A stretch of 64,000 bases of DNA from the human T2T-CHM13v2.0 reference genome, Homo sapiens: NCBI RefSeq assembly GCF_009914755.1, contig NC_060928.1, one strand, 5' to 3'. The position numbers were made by a program, and so were the translations under genes. Positions 54,284 through 64,000 of this stretch are shown here, piece by piece; the stretch's first letter is position 1, and each line of letters opens with the position of its first letter. The notes under the pieces are model-generated. The model saw nothing but the letters and a program-made list of their open reading frames with translations, had not been told where the DNA came from and did no database searches.

Positions 54284-57200
54284 AATTTGCCCGTCTGTGT
54301 CTTTTAATTGGGGCATTTAGCCTGTTTACAGTTAAAGTTAATATTATTATGTGTGAATTTGATCCTGTCATTATAGTGCTAGCTAGTTATTTTGCCCGTT
54401 AGTTGATGCAGTTTCTTCATAGTGTAAATGATCTTTACAATTTGGCATGTTTTTCCTGTGGCTGGTACCAGTTTTTCCTTTCCACGTTTAGTGCTTCCTT
54501 CAGGAGTTCTTGTAAGGCAGGCCTGGTGGTGACAAAATCTCTCAGCATGTGCTTGTCTGTAAAGATTTTATTTCTCCTTCGCTGATGAAGCTTAGTTTGG
54601 CTGGATATGAAATTCTGGGTTGAAAATTCTTTTCTTTAAGAATGTTAAATATTGGCCCCCACACTCTTCTGGCTTGTAGGGTTTCTGCCGAGAGATCCTC
54701 TGTTAGTCTGATGGGCTTTCCTTTGTGGGTAACCCGACCTTTCTCTCTGGCTGCCCTTAACATTTTTTCCTTCATTTCAAACTTGGTGAATCTGACTATT
54801 ATGTGTCTTGGGGTTGGTTTTCTTGAGGAGTATCTTCGTGGTGTTCTCTGTATTTCCTGAATTTGAATGTTGGCCTGTCTTGCTAGGTTGGGGAAGTTCT
54901 CCTGGTTAATATCCTGAAGAGTGTTTTCCAACTTGGTTTCATTCTCCCCGTCACTTTCAGGTACACCAATCAAACGTAGGTGTGGCCTTTTCACATAGTC
55001 CCATATTTCTTGGAGGCTTTGTTCATTCTTTTTCATTCTTTTTTCTCTAATCTTGTCTTCATGCTTTATTTCATTAAGTTGATCTTCAATCTCTGATATC
55101 CTTTCTTCTGGTTGATCGATTAGGCTGTTGATACTTGTGTATGCTTCACAAAGTTCTGATGCTGTGTTTCTCAGCTCCATCAGGCCATTTATGTTGTTTT
55201 CTAAACTGGTTATTCTAGTTAGCAATTCCACTAACCTTTTTTCAATGTTCTTAGCTTCCTTGCATTGGGTTAGAACCCGTTCCTTTAGCTTGGAGGAGTT
55301 TGTTATTACCCACCTTCTGAAGCCTACTTCTGTCAATTCGTCAAACTCATTCTCTGTCTAGTTTTGTTCCTTTGCTTGTAAGTAGTTGTGATCCGTTGGA
55401 GGAGAAGAGGCCTTCTGGTTCTGGAATTTTCAGGCTTTTTGCGCTGGTTTTTCCTCATCTTCATGGATTTCTCTACCTTTGTTCTTTGATGCTGGTGACC
55501 TTCAGATGGGCTTTTTGTGTCGATGTCCTGTTTGTTGATGTTGATGCTATTCCTTTCTGTTTGTTAGTTTTCCTTCTAACAATCAGGCCTCTCAGCTGCA
55601 GGTCTGCTGGAGTTTGCTGGAGGTCCACTCCAGACCCTGTTTGCCTGGGTATCACCAGCAGAGGCTGCAGAACAGCAAAGACTGCTGCCTGTACCTTCCT
55701 CTGGAAGCTTCATCCCAGAGGGGCACCCGCCAGATGCCAGCCAGATCTCTCCTGTATGAGGTGTTTTTCAACCCCTGTTGGGAGGTGTCTCCCCATCAGG
55801 AGGCACGGGGCTCAGGAACCCATTTGAGGATGCAGTCTGTCCCTTAGCAGAGCTCGAGCACTGTGCTGGGAGATTTGCTTCTCTCTTCAGAGCCAACAGG
55901 CAGGAATGTTTAAGTCTGCTGATGCTGTGCCCATCAGCCGCCCCTTCCCCCAGGTGCTCTGTCCCAGGGAGATGAGAGTTTTATCTATAAGCCCCTGACT
56001 GGGGCTGCTGCCTTTTTTTCAGAGATGCCCTGCCCAGAGAAGAGGAAATCTAGAGAGGCAGTCTGGCTACAGCAGCTTTGCCAAGCTGCAGTGGGTTCTG
56101 CCCAGTCCAAACTTCCCAGCAGCTTTGTTTACACTGTGAGGGGAAAACCACCTACTCAAGCCTCAGTAATGGTGGACACCCCTCCCACCCACCAAGCTGG
56201 AGCAACCCAGGTCGACTTCAGACTTCGGTGTTGGCAGTGAGAATTTCAAGCCAGTGGATCTTAGCTTGATGGGCTCTGTGGCGGGTGGGATCTGCTGAGC
56301 TAGACCACTTGGCTCCCTGGCTCCAGCCCCCTTTCCTGGGGAGTGAATGGTTCCATCACACTGGTGTTCCAGACACCACTGGGGTATGAAAAAAAACTCC
56401 TGCAGCTAGCTTGGTGTCTGCCCAAATGGCTGCCCAGTTTTGTGCTTGAAACCCAGGGCCCTAGTGGTGTAGTCACCAGGGGAATCTCCTGGTCTGCGGG
56501 TTGCAAAGACTGTAGGAAAAGCATAGTATCTAGGCCAAAATGCACCATTCCTCACGGCCCAGTCCCTCATGGCTTCCCCTGGAGAGGGGAGGGAGTTCCC
56601 TGACCCCTTGTGCTTCCCGGGTGAGCTGAGGCCCCACCCTGCTTCAGCTTGCCCTCCATGGGCTGCACCCACTGTCTAACCCCCACAATGAGATAAGCCA
56701 AGCACCTCAGTTGGAAATGCAGAAATCACCTACCTTCTGCATTGATCAACTGGGAGCTGCAGAACGGAGCTGTTTCTATTCAGCCGTGTTGCGCTTTCCA
56801 TGTATATTTTCATGGCTTGATAGCACATTTCTTTTTAGCACTAAGTAATATTCTGTTTTCTGGATGTACCACCCATTGTGGAAGACAGTGTGGTGATTCC
56901 TCAAGGATCTAGAACCAGAAATACCATTTGACCCAGCAATCCCATTACTGGATATATAGCCAAAGGATTATAAATCACTCTACTATAAAGACACATCCAC
57001 ATGTATGTTTATTGCAGCACTGTTCACATTAGTAAGGACTTGGAACCAACCCAAATGCCCAACAATGATAGACTGAATAAAGAAAATGTGGCACATATAC
57101 ACCATGGAATACTATGCAGCCATAAAAAGGGTTAGTTCATGTCCTTTGCAGGGACATGGATGAAGCTGGAAACCGTCATTCTCAGCAAACTAACACAGGA

Positions 57201-57466
57201 ACAGAAAACCAAACACTGCATGTTCTCACTCATAAGTGGGAATTGAACAATGAGAACACATGGACACATGGAAGGGAACATCACACACTGGTGCCTGTCA
57301 GGGGTTTGGGAGCTAGGGGAGGGATAGCATTAGGAGAAATACCTAATGTAGATAACGGGTTGATGGGTGCAGCCAACCACCATGTCATGTGTATACCTAT
57401 GAAACAAACCTGCAGGTTCTGTACATGTATCCCAGAACTTTAACTATAATAAAAAAAAATTTTAAA
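54284..57466. mobile_element. 5'-inverted, internally deleted L1PA7/8-like insertion
   Basis: Antisense ORF2 start, ORF1 and whole 5'UTR (54284-about 56792); sense 3' end about 56872-57466; TSD AAGAAATATGTTTT(C/T)TGC at 54266-54283 and 57467-57484. Confidence 0.9.
54542..55336 (-). pseudogene. ORF1: L1 ORF1p relic (264-aa open stretch)
   Basis: NEQSLQEIWDYVKRP and TPRHIIVRFTK motifs; frameshifted at both ends. Confidence 0.9.
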
Positions 57467-57802
57467 AAGAAATATGTTTTTTGCTTTCTGGGTCTTTAGA
57501 AACATATATATTCAAAACAAATATATAATATATATTTGTTCAATTCACCTACCTTGTCACTTAGAGGCCACCTGAAAGTTCATGTCTATCTTCATCTTTA
57601 GGAAAGTTTTTCTATCATTTCTTTCATTATTTCTCACTCTCAGAACCTTCTATAGCATTGATGATTAAACTTCTGTTTATCGCTTAACTTCTTTCATGCT
57701 TTCCATCTATTTGTCTTTTGGTACTATATTCTAGAGCTATTTTGCTTATGCTTGCAGCTCATTAGTTTATGCTTGAGTAATGTCAATCTGATATTAAATC
57801 TA

Positions 57803-58121
<319 letters not shown>

Positions 58122-61100
58122 ACTTTCCATTTCTTTTTCAATTATATCATTTTATCTCAAAGATTTCTTGTTTCATGGATGAGATACAGTTTCTCATCCC
58201 ACTGGGAATATTATCTATACTTATATTCTAGCCTTTCTCTTCATGCTCCATCTCTCTCTTTTTTCAGATGGTATATTGATCAGTTCACTATCCCTAATGC
58301 ATGATGATTCTCAGTTGTGTGCTTATAATTGTATTTTGTAATCTTTATTCACCTATTTATGAATACTACTTCTATTTACTATGGACTATATCTTTTCACT
58401 ATGGGAAAGGGATTGCACAATGTACCAACAGGAAGTACCAGCAAATGGTTTTACAGCAGTGACAGTTTTCTGTCTCACCTGAGTAGCATAAGCCACTAAG
58501 GGCCAGCCCTCCTCTCTGACTCAAATCCCCACACTCACTATTCCAGGCGGTGGGGGAAAACAGTGGCTTGGAATTTTTAAGTTCACTGTGGAGCTGTCCA
58601 CCTGTTTGTCCCAGTATGGCATGCCAATTAACTGCTAGACTTTGCTTTGGGGATTACTTCTGTTGTGGTATCTATATTCCTAAGTTTACAGGTCCCCTAA
58701 AGATCCTTCCATATTTTTGCACTTTCCTATTGTACATTTTGGGAGCTGTAGTTTTCTCCTCAACTGATGCCATATGTTTTATTATAATCATTCTTTTTGC
58801 TTTACAATGTTATTATGAACTTATAATTTTTAAATATAAAAATATTTTTTCTGTTTAAGGGTTTGGGGTGGAAGGAAAAGTAGGGTTCTGCATTCATTTC
58901 TCCATCTTGATCCAATCTCCTCTACAGTCTTGTTTAGTTTACACTATTAGTATACTAATTTTATTCATTGTCTTTAACAGATTGTACTAAGATAAATTTT
59001 AGATCCACCTAAGTCAAAATACACAAATTATGAATTAGTAGTTTAAATGAATGAGGTTTTACTGCTGATAAATGAAGCTTTGTCTATACAACACCAAACA
59101 AACCTGTCAACTCAAGGGAAAAACAAAATCAGTTGAACTGATTTTAAGAGGGAATGCTTTGATTTTAAAGAGTTGCAATAACGCCATGTAGACAGTCTGG
59201 GTTGCATTTGACCTATGAAGTAATTCAAGCAATTAGAAATTATGTGATGTTCTCTAGATAACACAGCCAAGTAGCCATTTGGTCAGGAATAGCCCCCAAT
59301 GAGTACTTGCCCTCTGCAAATCCTTTTGGAGTTATTTTTCAGCTCATTCAATCGATTTATGACTTTGTGAGGACAGCCAAGAAAATGCATCATGCACCAC
59401 CCTGTGAACTAAGGAACATTTAGTTCACGTACCCTCCAGCTCTTGCACTAATAAGCAATAGTAACACCATAGCGCAAATTATCTGCAATCGCATTAATTC
59501 TCCTTAATATATAACATGTGGCCAAGCAATGTGACCCTTCCAAAGTTGTGTTTTCTAGAACACTGTGCTTATTAAATTCTTCTTTAAGAACATATTATAA
59601 ATAATCAGTGACATCTGCTTTGCATCCCCCCCGCCAAAAAAAAGCTCAAAATGTAGAGTACCATCTTACCCAGACTATTACACAAAAAAGAGTTCTTACT
59701 ATTTGTGATCATATCTTCAGTTTTGGTGCAAGAAGGTAAGAAACTATTTGAAAAATAATGTTTCTGATCTGGTGTGGTGGACATCTGTGGTTTCAACATC
59801 TGTGCTGGAGGCAGAATCTCAGCATGGACACAAAGGTAATATTCTCAGAGTCAATTAGATGCATCAGGATTTTTGATGAAAAGAAGCAGTTTCTTCAATA
59901 ACAAAGGCTGTTATTCTTCTTTCAAATAATAGCATGAAAGCAATTCTTTTCATGGAGATTCTGGCCATATTGCTGTCATACTCACAAAATCTATTATTAT
60001 CCAGTATCCGAAGAAGAGAACTGCTTCCCCACCAAATAGTAAAACAATATATGGATTTCTTCTACAAAGGTTTCCAAATTAGAAATGATTTCTTCAGAGG
60101 AAATATAGGAAGGAATTTTGGAAGGCAAGGGAACACATTTTAGAGAAATGAGACAGATCTATACCACATGGGAAGAATCTTGTGGCACTAATAGCATCAA
60201 GCTTGTTTGCTGTAGAGGGAGTATGCTGCCACCCGACAAGATAGCAAAGCTAGGGGAAAATTTCAGCATGTTGTTTCATGGGCATTTTATTGTTTTTAAT
60301 GCTCCTATATTGAAACTTTAATCAAGTCTTATAGCCCAATTTTCTCATTTGTATCCCTGTGCAGCAATAGAAAACATGTGTGAACTAAATCTCTTTTTTG
60401 TACATATCAGCAGTATGAGTTTGCACAGACACATGCTCCTACTTGAAATGACTTTCCTTTTGTGAATGAACGAGGCCCCTCTGATTGGAAACCTATTTAT
60501 TTTAAATGCTAAATTCAGTGGAAAGGGACCACATCTAATTGAGTGGTAAACTACACCGTCTCTACAGAAACAAGAGAAAACCGTGAACCAGAGTTTCCTG
60601 CACCTGAGTTACCCCCTCATTATAAGTTAAGTAACCTTATAAGTTCAGTTCTACAGAGATATTTTCCACTGTCTACCAGATCAACTAGAAAAACACCAAG
60701 CTTTAGAAGTATTTATATCTTCATAAATGTCAAGCAACATCTACAGCTATCTAGCTTACCCACTGACTAGGATAGAAAGAGAAATTATATCGATAAATAG
60801 TATTCAACATTCAGGTTTCCAGAAATTCTAACTTCAAATTTTGCTTCTTATTCAACATCTCCTAACATTCCCTTGTGGAAGATGAAGTAGTGGGACATTA
60901 TTTTGCCTTCTTGAACCCAGCCTTCTCCAGTCCATCACTTTTCTGTTCATTCAAATTGCTTCTTCACGTGAAAGCTTTCTTTGGAGTTTGTATTTCTTCC
61001 TATGCATGGACAGTTGAAACCTAATAGCATGGCCTCTGGGCCTACAAGTGCTTACAGTTGATATAACTTGTACTTTGCAGAGTCTTAGAGTATTCTCAAC

Positions 61101-63283
61101 TAAAATCAAAGAAACATAAAAATCTATGGAAAATAACATTCGTTGACCAATATATACATATATTTGATTTAAAATCTGATGCCAAATCCATATGTAAGTT
61201 TTCATTGTATTCTCCCCAATGCTGAAGACAGTTAATAGTCCATTCTTAGCAGTATGCTTTTTATTAATAAAGACTCTTGTTACTGCCGAGATCACTCCTA
61301 GATAGGAGGAAATCCAGTGCTTAGGAGTTTCAAGACAAATCCTGTAATTGGGACTTTAGTGTTCCTAAATTCACCCAAAGATAAAAATCGAATTGAAATG
61401 AATACAAAAAATTAACAAGTAAACATATCAAATACCATAAGCATAAATAACATTGACAGCTTATTTTTTGAAAGAGCTGTATATCATAGGAGGTAAAGTC
61501 ATCACTATTTTGTCAGCTAGAGTTAAGAGGAATAGAATTTAAGAATCAATCTAATTTTAAAATGATGTACAGAAGAATAATGAGAGACCCAAGATCAAGA
61601 AAAAAAGAAGAATAAAAGAAATCAGAATAGGGAGTTTATGAAAAAACCTGGCCTACAGGTGAGTTTTTCTACAAATTGGCCAAGTTCACCCTAATGTCTG
61701 AACACTTGGCAGACACAACAGGCAGCTGCAGCTTTCTTCTCAATTTTTAAAACACACCAGATTAACAATAGATTTTAACACTCAGTTGAGGACAATGTTT
61801 TTGCTATATACTTTGTCATTACTACTATGTACTAAATTCTATCAGCAAATGCAAGAAAAAGAGCCTGACTTTTATTCTTATGATATATATTCTACTGATT
61901 ATTTGAAATTACTGGCTTCTAGATATGATGCTTCCAAAGTCATTCTTTATACATTATTCACAGTGAAAAGAAGCAGCTAGATTTGGCTCCATGTCTACCT
62001 TATGCTATGGTATCTATGTATTCTTATCTAAAAGATATGTTTAAATTATTGATTAATCACATTTTTCCTGCCCATTACATACTACATGACTTCATTTTAA
62101 AAATGTAAAACACTAACATCACTTCCCAAGACAAAACATAGCAGCATAGTAGTGGGGATCAGATCAGTCCTCGGGGCATACAATGCTGACAGAGCTAGCA
62201 ATTATAAAGCTGGCTATGAGGGTGCCTTTGTCAGATGCACATGTTTTCCAGCTAAGATAAATATAAAGCAAAAGATTTGCAAACTTCTTCACTGTGCATG
62301 AATACATCTCAAAGCACAGGGACCCAAGTGGCCAGAAAAATAAACTGAAACAAGGCTATGCCCCAGAACATTACTAGGTGTTCATTAATTCCAAGATCTA
62401 AAAAGGAAATTTCATCAATTAGACAGCAAAACCCATGCTCAGGAAACAAGAAGCAGGTCATGGTCATTCTCACTGCAGTCTAGCTTTAAACTCTATAGGG
62501 TATGGACAGAACAGAGGAGAGAGAGGACACTTAAACTGTTGAAAATATGTTTGTCTCTCACACAAGAAAGCAAGCTTGGAAAAGCACCAAATTTTTATTT
62601 TTCAATGAATATAAACACAACTATGTCCACACTTTGCCTCTGTGTTTGCCAGCTGATGAAGATTTTGAAAAACTTACCCTTGAGCTCTGATTAGCAAAGT
62701 AGTAAAAATAAAACTCAATCTCATAATAGGTCCTAGATTCAAAATTAGGAAAACACCAGGGATAGCCACCTCATGACTACTAAGTCTTTCAAGTTCCAGG
62801 AGAAAGAGCAGACCACACAAAACTCCTTTCCTGTTTTTATTTAGTAAATCAGGAGGCTATTTCTTGAGTCTCGAAATGCAGGAAAGTATCTCTCTAGAAC
62901 TCTCTCTCCTTCCCCTCATACTCTGCCATGGAGAAAGTATGAACCCTATTGCACATCTCAGTAAAAAATGGAAATCCTGACAAAGTGACTGTCCCATGAT
63001 AGCTACCTCTATATTAATATAGAAACATGCATATTTTCCAGATGCCCCAAAAGGGGATTCACCTACAAAACTGCCAGGGAAGGTTTCTCCTAAAAGATTC
63101 TGTCTTCTCTGTTGATTATGCCCAACCACACATCAAATTCATCTCTACAATTATCCCATTTTTGTTTTTTCCTTTCTATTTGCTCTATTACAAACTTAGA
63201 TGACTTCCCTGATCTCAACAGACTAGTGGGAAATCTTCCTAACCATTCTTTCCATTATTGGTACCTCCTCCTCTTCAGTCTAG

Positions 63284-63873
<590 letters not shown>

Positions 63874-64000
63874 TAGTGGGGCAAGGGAACAGGATGAATC
63901 ATCCACCAAGTCTTAAAGATTTTTGTTCAGAAATGTTCTATTGGCAAAAGACAAACATATGGACATGCTGATTTTCAAGGAGGTAGAGAAGGGCAGAGTT

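Noticed and set aside
59860-60140. Possible ancient coding relic or processed pseudogene
   Set aside because: No recognisable protein in any frame.

Overview
AT-rich primate (human-like) genomic DNA with no host protein-coding exon that I can support; roughly 45% is LINE-1. It holds two young L1PA2-type elements in inverted, tail-to-tail orientation (1-5564 +, 41550-47602 -), a near full-length L1PA16-like element, an old L1M element, a twin-primed L1PA7/8-like element, seven Alus, several MaLR/ERV LTRs, and MER44, MER8 and MER53 DNA-transposon relics. Three observations stand out. (1) The TSD of the minus-strand L1 lies 188 bp beyond its 5' end, and the extra sequence looks like the first exon of a ZNF91-subfamily KRAB zinc-finger gene spliced onto the L1 (a spliced 5' transduction). 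(2) The two inverted young L1s differ at subfamily-diagnostic sites yet share many non-consensus variants, including the same ORF2 nonsense mutation. (3) The inverted L1 at 54.3-57.5 kb carries a second apparent 5' transduction. Subfamily names and consensus comparisons come from memory and need RepeatMasker/Dfam confirmation.
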